Source: a virus
Direction: 5' to 3' (one strand)
DNA: 64,000 nucleotides
IMG/VR virus record: IMGVR_UViG_3300042341_001047
A program made the translations under genes and the position numbers. Of this stretch, positions 20,296-30,000 are shown piece by piece. The notes beneath the pieces are model-generated. The model was given only the letters and a program-made list of their open reading frames with translations. It made no database searches and was not told where the DNA came from. Position 1 is the first letter of the stretch, and each line of letters opens with the position of its first letter.

Positions 20296-20631
20296 TTAAT
20301 ATAGTTTACCTGTTTCTAAATAGTAGGTATTATTTGTAGTTATCATTTCAAATGTTTCGTGTATTGATTCACATTTTACCATAAATGATTTTACATCTTC
20401 ATCAGTTAAATCAAACCACTCACCATTTACTTTTTTAGTTTTAAATGTTCTATGTAGTTGTGATTCTATTTTTGTTCCCCATTTTGACTTGAAAGAATTT
20501 ATAACATATAGTTCAGAACCATTACCCGTCTTTAACTCTTTAATTCTTTTAGAGACTTCTCTTCTTGTATAACCTATTTTATACAATCTTCTTCCTTCAA
20601 ATTCAGCACATATTAAGTAAATATTAAACAT
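20296..20631 (-). CDS. GIY-YIG superfamily (T5orf172-type) protein
   Basis: IYLI...YKIGYT..V.KRIKELKTGN...IESQLH...NGEWF. Confidence 0.85.
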   Translation of the reverse strand: MFNIYLICAEFEGRRLYKIGYTRREVSKRIKELKTGNGSELYVINSFKSKWGTKIESQLHRTFKTKKVNGEWFDLTDEDVKSFMVKCESIHETFEMITTNNTYYLETGKLY

Positions 20632-20661
20632 TAGAGTATATATTACTCTATCATGTTCTCA

Positions 20662-20907
20662 TCACCAGATTTGTGGGAAGTTAGTTGGTCCTTTTGGAGT
20701 AGAAGTTATAATAACATTAGGAACATCTATTCCAAATATTTTACCTATTTTTATTTTTCTTAAATATCTTTTAGAATATTCAACACCTGATGTATCTTTT
20801 TCAATGAAGTGAATACCTGGTCTCACATATCTACCTATTCTGTTCATTTGATTTCTTCTTTTTACTTCTTCTTGTTTTCTTGTGAGTTTTAGATGATTCA
20901 GCTCCAT
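20662..20907 (-). CDS. tagged mini-protein carrying a terminase coupling-motif fragment
   Basis: RKIKIGKIFG followed by VIITSTPKGPTNFPQIW. Confidence 0.65.
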   Translation of the reverse strand: MELNHLKLTRKQEEVKRRNQMNRIGRYVRPGIHFIEKDTSGVEYSKRYLRKIKIGKIFGIDVPNVIITSTPKGPTNFPQIW

Positions 20908-21328
20908 ATTTATAATCTAAATAGAATAAAGTACCTGATGGAGCAGACATTGGAGTTACTCCTTTTTTCATCAACTCTTTATATTCTTCATCATCTTCTA
21001 ACTTCTTTTCAGTAAATTCACCACCTTCAATAACAGCTTCAATTTTACCATCACGATTTTCAGAATTTACTCTACTTTTTACATCATCAATTTCTTCTTT
21101 TGATGCGAATCCTATTATTTCATTGGACATTAATTTTGATGATACTTTCATAGCCATTGGTAGTAAACTTGGAAACTCTTCAGTTTTAGTTTCTTCTAAT
21201 ATTTGATTTGATTGATTTTCGGCTAACTGAGCTAAATTGTCTAATTGAGATCCAGTCATACCCATAGACCCTAAGATAGGAGCCCATTTTTTCATTAATT
21301 CTTCTTTATTTGGTTGTTTCATAAACAA
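20831..21328 (-). CDS. tagged fragment of T4-type major capsid protein (N-terminal part)
   Basis: LMKKWAPIL, AENQ, LLPMAMKV, GVTPMSAPSGTLFYLDYKYG; internal RDGKIEAVI. Confidence 0.7.
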   Translation of the reverse strand: MFMKQPNKEELMKKWAPILGSMGMTGSQLDNLAQLAENQSNQILEETKTEEFPSLLPMAMKVSSKLMSNEIIGFASKEEIDDVKSRVNSENRDGKIEAVIEGGEFTEKKLEDDEEYKELMKKGVTPMSAPSGTLFYLDYKYGAESSKTHKKTRRSKKKKSNEQNR

Positions 21329-21367
21329 AAAAACTTTTCTTGTTATAGAAAAGTTTTTGTTTTTAGT

Positions 21368-21679
21368 TTAGTAGTTAAAGTTTAAGAAATCATATTCTTT
21401 AAGTATAAGTTGTTTGACTTTTTCAAAGTTTTCATCTGATAAAACATAATACTTTTTATTAAACCAACCAATCATTTGATTAATAATAACATCTTCTGCT
21501 TCTCCATTTCCTGAGGTAGAGTAAAAATCAGGATCCTCTTCATCTGGAATCCATTGTTTGATTTCTTTTTCTAACATTTTCTTTACAGAATCAGATTTAT
21601 ACTCTTCTTTAATTTTAGTAATTGCAAAAGTAGTATCTTGTTGTTCTACATTCTCGTTATATTTTTTTAAGTATTTCAT
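21368..21679 (-). CDS. putative head-targeted protein
   Basis: MKYLKKYNE leader; TAATATATA upstream. Confidence 0.6.
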   Translation of the reverse strand: MKYLKKYNENVEQQDTTFAITKIKEEYKSDSVKKMLEKEIKQWIPDEEDPDFYSTSGNGEAEDVIINQMIGWFNKKYYVLSDENFEKVKQLILKEYDFLNFNY

Positions 21680-21694
21680 AGTGTATATATTAAT

Positions 21695-22444
21695 TTATAG
21701 TCCAAATATATCTTTCATCTTAGAAAGAAAGTTATTAATAAAGTCTTTATCTTTTTCAGAACCATCTTCAAGTATATTTTGAACCCAAGTTTTATTTTCA
21801 ATATATTGATAAGCTTGAAGTTTATCAGAATAATCAAAGTTATCCATCTTCTTACCTATATAGGATTCGATATCTTTTTCAAAATCCTCTTCAGAAGTCC
21901 ACATACCAATATCATTTTCATCTTCTTCAATATCATCTAATCCAGAGATAACATCATCTATATCAGATGTGTCAAAACTCCCATCAGTTTCATTCTCATA
22001 AATCCAAGATTTATCCATCTTATTTAAGATATGTTCAGCGTCTTTACCTAATCTATTAATATCATCTTCTGCCTTTTCATCTAATGTTAAGTTGAAAAGA
22101 CCTACCAAGTCATCCAATGAACTAAATAGTGACTGGTCAAATTCTGCCAATTTATTTTCTCTATAGATTTCTTTTTCAAAAAGATTTATTACAGAAAGAT
22201 AATCTTCAGTAATTGTAAATTCACCTTTAATAGCAGCATCAATTAAATCATTTAATGAAGTTTTAAATCTATCATAAGATGATAGTTTATTATCATTGTA
22301 ACACTTTTCTTCATGAAGTCTAACTATTTTAAGAATAGCTTGTTTCATCTTTCCAATGTTTGATAGAAAGTCAAAGTCAAAATCATTATTAGATTCTTCT
22401 TTCTTCTTGTTCCAAAAAGCTTCATATAATTTAATTACTTTCAT
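21695..22444 (-). CDS. acidic putative head-targeted protein
   Basis: MKVIKLYEAF leader. Confidence 0.6.
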   Translation of the reverse strand: MKVIKLYEAFWNKKKEESNNDFDFDFLSNIGKMKQAILKIVRLHEEKCYNDNKLSSYDRFKTSLNDLIDAAIKGEFTITEDYLSVINLFEKEIYRENKLAEFDQSLFSSLDDLVGLFNLTLDEKAEDDINRLGKDAEHILNKMDKSWIYENETDGSFDTSDIDDVISGLDDIEEDENDIGMWTSEEDFEKDIESYIGKKMDNFDYSDKLQAYQYIENKTWVQNILEDGSEKDKDFINNFLSKMKDIFGL

Positions 22445-22446
22445 AA

Positions 22447-23406
22447 CTATTTTATTTTTATATTTAAGTAAACCCAGAAAGACATAGGATTTACACTTAT
22501 TAATACTTTACCTCCCCACTTCTTAGAAAGTAACCAAGTTGTAAAGTTATTTTTAATATTTAGATATTCTCCTTCATCCAATTTACCATTATCCCATCTA
22601 CCTATACCATAATAACCAAATGAAATAACTCTATCTTTTATAATAGGTGTTAATTTCTTTTCGTGATATCCTGGGTTAAATGTTAACATATCTGTTTTAA
22701 TTTTACCAAATGTTAAAACATCAGATAATGTTAAATTCACAAGCTCTTTCTTCAATGAAGAAGCAGACTTAGACTCAATTTGACAAATCCATTTAATAAC
22801 AGATTGTGATAATTTAAATTGGCCAAGTGGAGTTGGTGTATTATAATGTAAACCATATTCAAAATTACCATCACATTTAACACCGAAATATAAATCAACT
22901 TCGTTCTTTTGATAGTCAATTAAATCTAAATATCTTGAAAGTGATTTAAATCTTGAGAATATTTGTTTCAAATCCTCAGATTGAATATTAGAGAAATGAT
23001 AGTATAATAAAAAACTTTCAGGACATCTTTCCCAATTTGGTTGAGATTCTTTATGACCTAAACCAGTCAATGATTTAAGAAATGAAGTAAATATTCCTTT
23101 ACCAGCTACTGATATTTCAGACTCTGTTAATGGTTCTAAATCAGTAGATGCTAAAAGTTGAGGTTCTTTCTCTTCTATTCCATTTTCTAAATAATGATCT
23201 ATTTGAGCTTTTATCTCTTGTTGTTCTTTATCATCTAATACATTTATAGCATTTGATAAATCAATAGATAAATCAGAACCTTTTGTATATCTAGTAACTA
23301 TATTCTGAATATACGAATCATCTATTAGTGATTCGACCCATTCTCCTAAAGAATTGAATCCATTGAAATGACCTTCATTTATAAATTCTATATATTTTTT
23401 AATCAT
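22447..23406 (-). CDS. putative head-targeted protein
   Basis: MIKKYIEFINE leader; TAATATATA upstream. Confidence 0.6.
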   Translation of the reverse strand: MIKKYIEFINEGHFNGFNSLGEWVESLIDDSYIQNIVTRYTKGSDLSIDLSNAINVLDDKEQQEIKAQIDHYLENGIEEKEPQLLASTDLEPLTESEISVAGKGIFTSFLKSLTGLGHKESQPNWERCPESFLLYYHFSNIQSEDLKQIFSRFKSLSRYLDLIDYQKNEVDLYFGVKCDGNFEYGLHYNTPTPLGQFKLSQSVIKWICQIESKSASSLKKELVNLTLSDVLTFGKIKTDMLTFNPGYHEKKLTPIIKDRVISFGYYGIGRWDNGKLDEGEYLNIKNNFTTWLLSKKWGGKVLISVNPMSFWVYLNIKIK

Positions 23407-23435
23407 AGATTATATATTAAATTTAGAATTATAAA

Positions 23436-26147
23436 TTATCTTATATCCTCAACATCAATATAGTATTTATCAGCTAAAGAAGAATCTGATAAACTTGAAA
23501 TTCTTGTAATCTTTATCTTCTTACCTTTATTTAATGAGAAATAAGGTGTGTTTGAAAGTAAAGTAGAAGAAGTTCCATGTAAATATAAAGGAAAAGAAGC
23601 CGAAGCACCATAAGCAACTAAATCCGGATTTGAATCAGCGTTTAGATTAATATAAGAACTTGTTAATCCACCCAATGAGTCAACAACATATTGACCAGAG
23701 AAGTCATATATTGATGCAGTACCAACATAAAGATTGTTAAGATACAAGACATCACCTGGTTTGATAGAGTTATTTATAATTGTAGTATTTCCTGTTAAAG
23801 GAACTTCAAGAATATTACCAATTGTATATTGAATAGTTTGTGTAAAATCAATATCAAAATTAAAATCCTTCCACAAAGAAGCTGAATTAGGTAACTGACT
23901 TGTACTATTAAAGAAAACAGGCAAATCAATATCACCTATTAATAAAACTTCTGATGTAACACTTGGATTATCAGGTATAGCACTATTAATATAAATATCT
24001 AATTTTTTATTTTGTGTTGAGAATTCATTTGATTTGATGAAAATTTCTATTGATTGTTTATGATCTAAATCTCTATCAATAACAACTGTTAATTTATCAT
24101 TATTTGGTAAATCTAATTGAACTTCATCATTATTGTTTATAACTATTAGTAAATTCTTATTAGTTGGAACCGAAACATTTAATGGAACGATACCATCGGT
24201 TCTATACAAGTCAGTAGTTTTGATACTATCAATTCTTGTATAAGCTGGTTCTCTATTTGTTAAAGTAATATTATTAGATAGATTATTAACCTCTATACTT
24301 TCATTAGAAACAATTTGATTAGTAGAATATAATCTTAATAAGTTTTCAAGACTTTTAATCTTTGTATTAATAGTATTAAGGTCTGTTTGTGTATAAAGTA
24401 ATTGTCTAACACTACTAACTTGATCTCTCAAATCACCTTGTTCAGCAATAATATTTAAAAAACTATCATTAGTAGATGATAACTTAGCCATAGCTTGGTT
24501 AAATAAATTCATACTAAAAAGTGAATTTATAGCTTCTGGGTTATATGTTTGTTGTGGATTATCATTTAGAATATTAAAGTTAAGATTCAAACTAAAAGCA
24601 TAAGAAGTACCATCATGTTTACCATTTGAAACAAGCTTTTTATAAACTGGAAATCTAATTCCAATTTCTTCTTCTGTTGTATTATTTGATGGACTATCTA
24701 AAAACGAAACTCCATATAAGTTAGTTTTAGTAACTTGATTACCGCTAGCATCTTGTTTTTGAACAGTGTAATACCATAAAATAGCATTAAATTCAAAGTC
24801 ACTTGGTGGTTCGTTATTAACTTCTAAAGCGTTAAATTGGTCAAAGTTAGTTAAAACTCTATTGAAAATATTCATTTTAACATAGTGACTAGTGTTGAAG
24901 TCAATATTGATACCATCAATTGTTGAACTATCAACAATTGGATTATTAATATCACCACTAACACCAAAATATTTACCACTTCTTCTTAAAGTATCACCAG
25001 TTGATGTCTCATAAGTAAAGTCAGGTGTATCAAATTGTGCGAAATATGAACCTGGGTAATTTTGAGGAAAACTTACAATCGGTGAATTAAATAACTCAGC
25101 ACCTAATATCTCAGGTTGAAACTGACTTGGTAGAATAGGAAAATTAACATTTGGTTTATAATTAACATCCACCATTGTTCTAAATAAAATATCTGGAGTT
25201 TGTCCTGTATGGTCAGGAATATGAGCATAAACCTCAGTATAATTTCTATTAGCTTCTTGAACATTACTAACACCAGTAACCTCACCTACATATTGAACTA
25301 ATCTATGATAAACCAATTCTGCTTTACCTGTAGTTTCATATTCTTGAGAAATTGTAGTTTCAACATTTATAATAATTCTTTGACCTTGTGTTGGACTTGC
25401 TGGAATAACAGCTAATATATCAGTTTGAATACCTTCAAAAGTATCAGAACCATCCATTTCTGAATTAGATAAACTATTTGTGTTTATAGTAGAGTTACTA
25501 ACATAGTATATTTTAATCTTATCACCAACTTTGAAATTAGTAGTTCCAATAAACTCTATTTCCATTTTTGTTGTATAACCAACTTCACCACTTTGATAAT
25601 AGGAATAAGTGTCCCAAGGTAATATTTCTCTTTCTCTCCAAAGATACTCTTGAAAATATTGGTCATCATTTATATTTCTTCTTTCAAATTCAGCAAGATT
25701 ACTAAAATACTCATCAGAAGGAACAGCAGGTTCAAAATCAACTAACCCTAACTTCTTACACCACTTAAAAAATATTTTCTCAGTAGGTGTTTCAAGTGCA
25801 TTAGTATCATAGTAATATTTTGTATTATTTAATCTAGACTCTCTAATTACAGTTTCTTGATTACCCACATAATTTCTTAATGATTCTATTATTTGGTCAC
25901 TAAAGTTAGTAGCTGGTGTAGCATTTACCGACTTTTCAAAACTATTATCAAAGTCAAAATAAATTTTATTAGACATAGTACCAGATGTCAAATTCTGTTT
26001 TGGGAAATTTAACAAAACAAACTTTGAAAAATACATTTTATAATTTGAATTCTGGTAAGCTGCCGATATATCTTCAGCCGCACCTGGGAAAGCATAAAAT
26101 GATGTTCCATTAGATTTCAGAAACTTATAAAGAGGTGTAGACGCCAT
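23436..26147 (-). CDS. large probable virion structural protein
   Basis: 903 aa, N/S/T-rich with a central coiled coil. Confidence 0.55.
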   Translation of the reverse strand: MASTPLYKFLKSNGTSFYAFPGAAEDISAAYQNSNYKMYFSKFVLLNFPKQNLTSGTMSNKIYFDFDNSFEKSVNATPATNFSDQIIESLRNYVGNQETVIRESRLNNTKYYYDTNALETPTEKIFFKWCKKLGLVDFEPAVPSDEYFSNLAEFERRNINDDQYFQEYLWREREILPWDTYSYYQSGEVGYTTKMEIEFIGTTNFKVGDKIKIYYVSNSTINTNSLSNSEMDGSDTFEGIQTDILAVIPASPTQGQRIIINVETTISQEYETTGKAELVYHRLVQYVGEVTGVSNVQEANRNYTEVYAHIPDHTGQTPDILFRTMVDVNYKPNVNFPILPSQFQPEILGAELFNSPIVSFPQNYPGSYFAQFDTPDFTYETSTGDTLRRSGKYFGVSGDINNPIVDSSTIDGINIDFNTSHYVKMNIFNRVLTNFDQFNALEVNNEPPSDFEFNAILWYYTVQKQDASGNQVTKTNLYGVSFLDSPSNNTTEEEIGIRFPVYKKLVSNGKHDGTSYAFSLNLNFNILNDNPQQTYNPEAINSLFSMNLFNQAMAKLSSTNDSFLNIIAEQGDLRDQVSSVRQLLYTQTDLNTINTKIKSLENLLRLYSTNQIVSNESIEVNNLSNNITLTNREPAYTRIDSIKTTDLYRTDGIVPLNVSVPTNKNLLIVINNNDEVQLDLPNNDKLTVVIDRDLDHKQSIEIFIKSNEFSTQNKKLDIYINSAIPDNPSVTSEVLLIGDIDLPVFFNSTSQLPNSASLWKDFNFDIDFTQTIQYTIGNILEVPLTGNTTIINNSIKPGDVLYLNNLYVGTASIYDFSGQYVVDSLGGLTSSYINLNADSNPDLVAYGASASFPLYLHGTSSTLLSNTPYFSLNKGKKIKITRISSLSDSSLADKYYIDVEDIR

Positions 26148-26196
26148 TTAAACAATTTAATTTTATACTCTATATATAATTATTTTCATCTTCTGT

Positions 26197-26688
26197 TTGT
26201 TTGAAAAACAAAACAAAGAAATATTAATAGATATAATCTTTATGATCGGTCACATATATTATTTAATTGGATTAGTTGTATTCTTCTCTATAATATCTAT
26301 AATATTTAGATTCAAAAAAGTCTATTTTATTAGAGAATGGAAAGATAAATATGAAAAAGTAACTGGTAACAAGCCACTTAAATCACAATTTAGAACAAAA
26401 ACAGAATACTCAAAACTTGAATCATATAATATATTAGTGACTTTTGAGTTAATATGGGTATTATTTGGTTTGATATCAAATAGTTGGTCTATTTTCTTAT
26501 CTATTATTATAATATCTTATATACTAAATATTTTGATAAAGCCAATAAAATACACAATGTTACATAGATTAACTATACACCTTTTTATAATAGCAAAATT
26601 ACTGGTTTATGGATATCTAATAGTAAATCACTTCTACTTACACATAGAAAATTTAGATATAATTAAAGGGTTTTTACAACTTCAATAA
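26197..26688 (+). CDS. membrane protein (likely start at MIGH)
   Basis: About four hydrophobic segments. Confidence 0.6.
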   Translation: MFEKQNKEILIDIIFMIGHIYYLIGLVVFFSIISIIFRFKKVYFIREWKDKYEKVTGNKPLKSQFRTKTEYSKLESYNILVTFELIWVLFGLISNSWSIFLSIIIISYILNILIKPIKYTMLHRLTIHLFIIAKLLVYGYLIVNHFYLHIENLDIIKGFLQLQ

Positions 26689-27049
26689 CAGCCTTTTCAG
26701 TGCCATTAATTATATAGTCATATAATCCAAAAGTATTAGACTCACTTGGAACTTCATCAAAATATTTTATATCATTTAGAAGTTCATCTATATCATTTCT
26801 GAATTTAAGGTAAAACTCATAGATATCAGAATCATTTATAAACCCCTCGATTTTAACATCTTCAGGAGATTTAATAAACTTCTCAGTAAAGGACTTAAAC
26901 TCACCACCACTATTCTCAATAGTCTTTTCAATCATTGATTTAACTTCACTTGATAACTCAGTGTATTTAGAATTATCAGTCTTAGTCTCAGGTGTCTGAA
27001 CCTCAGTCTCATCAGCTTCTTTTATAAATTGTAAATATTTTTTTACCAT
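26663..27049 (-). CDS. putative head-targeted protein
   Basis: MVKKYLQFIKE leader; TAATATATA upstream. Confidence 0.6.
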   Translation of the reverse strand: MVKKYLQFIKEADETEVQTPETKTDNSKYTELSSEVKSMIEKTIENSGGEFKSFTEKFIKSPEDVKIEGFINDSDIYEFYLKFRNDIDELLNDIKYFDEVPSESNTFGLYDYIINGTEKAVIEVVKTL

Positions 27050-27077
27050 AATCTATATATTAACTTTCAAACTTAAT

Positions 27078-30000
27078 TTACATCCAAGTAGCTTCAAATA
27101 CACCGTTATACCAGATACCGCCTTCCCATAAACCAGTGTCAAATAAACCATTTGTCCATATTCCTGACTTCCAATTTAGGTTTGTAAATTTACTAACAAC
27201 TCTCAAATTTGTCTCAACTAAGTTAATAGATGTACCTGAAAGATTATAATTAACATATATTGTTGTAGTCTCATTGATATTATCTTCTTCAGTAAAAAGT
27301 ACTTTATATCTACCCGGTGCTGAATTCGATCCGTATATAGAATAAGTTCCACCAATTTGATTGTCTATAATATAGATATCGTCACCTATATTAAATTTGA
27401 AAATTCCATTAAGTGTGAATGTATTATTAACAGTATCTACACCAACAACTTGAATATCTTCAAGTATACCACCATACCAAGTACCTAATTTCCAATCCAT
27501 GTTATAAGCAATACCACCATACCACTCTCCAGATAACCATTTACCTGTTTTCCAGATTGAGTATTTATGTTTGTCTGAAACATCTAATTGACCATCACTA
27601 TTTCTATTAAGTTCAGAGTAAAAACTTCCACTAACCCAATTTCCAGCTTGCCAAGTGGACGTTCTACTATTGAATGATTTAGTACCAAATCTAGATTCGC
27701 CATTCTTTTGTTGCCAGTTACCATTATACCACATACCATTCTCAAAGTCACCGCCATTCCAGTTACCATCTAACCAATAAGCAGGTTCACTATCACAATT
27801 GAAAATACCTGTATTCCAAGTACCTAATATCCAAATACCTCCTTGAAATAATCCGTTATTCCAAACACCATCATTCCAAGTACCTTTATACCAAATACCA
27901 TTATTCCAAGTACCATCATACCATCTACCATTATTCCAAGTACCATTATTCCAAGTACCAGTATACCATCTACCAGTATACCAAATAGACATCTCTTTAT
28001 CTACGGTTTTAGTATCAACACTAACTGATAGAATTCTATCATCAATTTTATTTGAGTTCCAAGTACCACCGTACCAATCACCACTCATCCAAACTCCAGA
28101 ATGCCAAGTTCCGCCGAACCATCTACCACATTCCCAAGTTCCTTTATACCAAACCAATTCTTCAGTACCAAGACCAATAATAGCTCCTGATATCTCAGCT
28201 TCTAGAATCCAAGGATATGATAAAGAAATAGTCTCTAGGTTTAATCCATCCACTAATCTATATCTATATTTATCATAGTCTATGTCAATCAATGAATAAA
28301 CACTACCAGATAACTTAAGATTTTCGACTGTTAACTCAATTGATTGTTTACCTCTTTGATCAGCACCATAGTCAATCAAATCAATCGGTTGATAGTTTAA
28401 GAATGGATCTTGTCTAGTATATCTAACATATCCATCATCATTACCTAAAAGAGGAGTTGTTCCATAATCTATATCTACTACAAAGTCATAATCAGTTACT
28501 TTTATAACCGGATGATATCCAAAATATTGTTGATTAAGTTGTTGTGAAGAACCAGTACCTCCAGTAAATTCAAGATTCACACCATCCCCAGTAATCAATT
28601 CATGTTTTTGTGAACAAGAAATATATAATTTACCTGGAACATATATAACAGAACCAATTCCTGTTTGACTGGTATTTAATATAGGAATAGAATATTCTTT
28701 AGCTAATCTCGTTATATTCATTGCCAATTCATTTTTATAATCGACATAAATTATAGCTGATAACTTACTAACCGTATTTGCATCCGATAATAAAATTTTA
28801 GCATAAGAGTCTGTAGGTATTTTGAAGTTTAACTCATTTTCATATGACTCATAATTAAAAAGACCTTGATCTTTCCAAGAGTTTGTTTTACCTTTTGTTC
28901 TTTGTATATTATTTAACTCTTGTAAATCTTCACTTATTTGAGAAAGATATCTTCTGGATACAATATCTAATGTACCTGATAATATAGCAGTATCACCAAG
29001 TACAAAGTTTAACCTTTTATGAAACTCAATAACATAAGCTTCTTGTACCTCATCATAGTACTTATCCATAACTAATAATTTTTCAGTTGTATAAGTTGAA
29101 GAACCATTTATATTAACATCAACAAATGTATTTATGAAAATACTATTCCATTCTAAATAAAGGTCATTACCAAATAGTATTTTATTACCTTGTGAATTTA
29201 AATCATAAGAAGCTGTCATACCATTATAATCAATATAAGCTGTTGAGGCGGTCAAACTACCCAATGGTATATTTCTATACTCTGGCATTGCTAAATATTC
29301 TTTAGTAGCATAAAAAGTTGGATTCAAATCACCAAAACCATTTATACCCTCTAAATAACTTAATAAATTATAAGTAGGTGAGTATCCAAAATTTAAAAAT
29401 CCAGAAGTATATTTCATTTCAGAATAATTACCACCAATTATAACATTTGTTGCTAAGTTATAATAACTAGTTAGATTATTAAAATCAGCACTCATTTTAA
29501 GAATACTTGATGTAGAACTTAAAACATTACCATAAGAATCTGAATATTCTAATTTATAAGCATTTCCAATAGGGTGTTCATTAAATCGATAAGTCAACTC
29601 ATCAATTGTCTGATATCTATTTAAGTTTGTTAAAGTAATGCTATAAGTTGTACTTTGAAGTTCCTTAATAATATTACCATTAAAATCAGTAAACATATAG
29701 ATGTAATTACGACCAGAAAGTGTCTCAACTCTATTTACAACAAATTGACCATCAACAACAGAACTATTAAATTGAATAACATCTCCTACACTAACCGGAT
29801 AAGATGTAGTAACTTTATAAACCATTAAATAATCATAGATATAGATGTCATACGGTGATGTTGGAGCAGATATAACCGGCAATCCTTGTGAATCATATCT
29901 ACTTTGAGTAGCAAGTGTAATCATAGGAGCCAAATATGATATCTGAGAAGCTGAACCTGTTATAGATGATATAGTATTTGATGTCGAAACTGAACTATAT

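Noticed and set aside
20831-21328. Calling 20831 or 63027 the real major capsid gene, or 3529/20662 the real terminase
   Set aside because: They are far too short, interrupted by tag inserts, dispersed, and outside a head-gene module.
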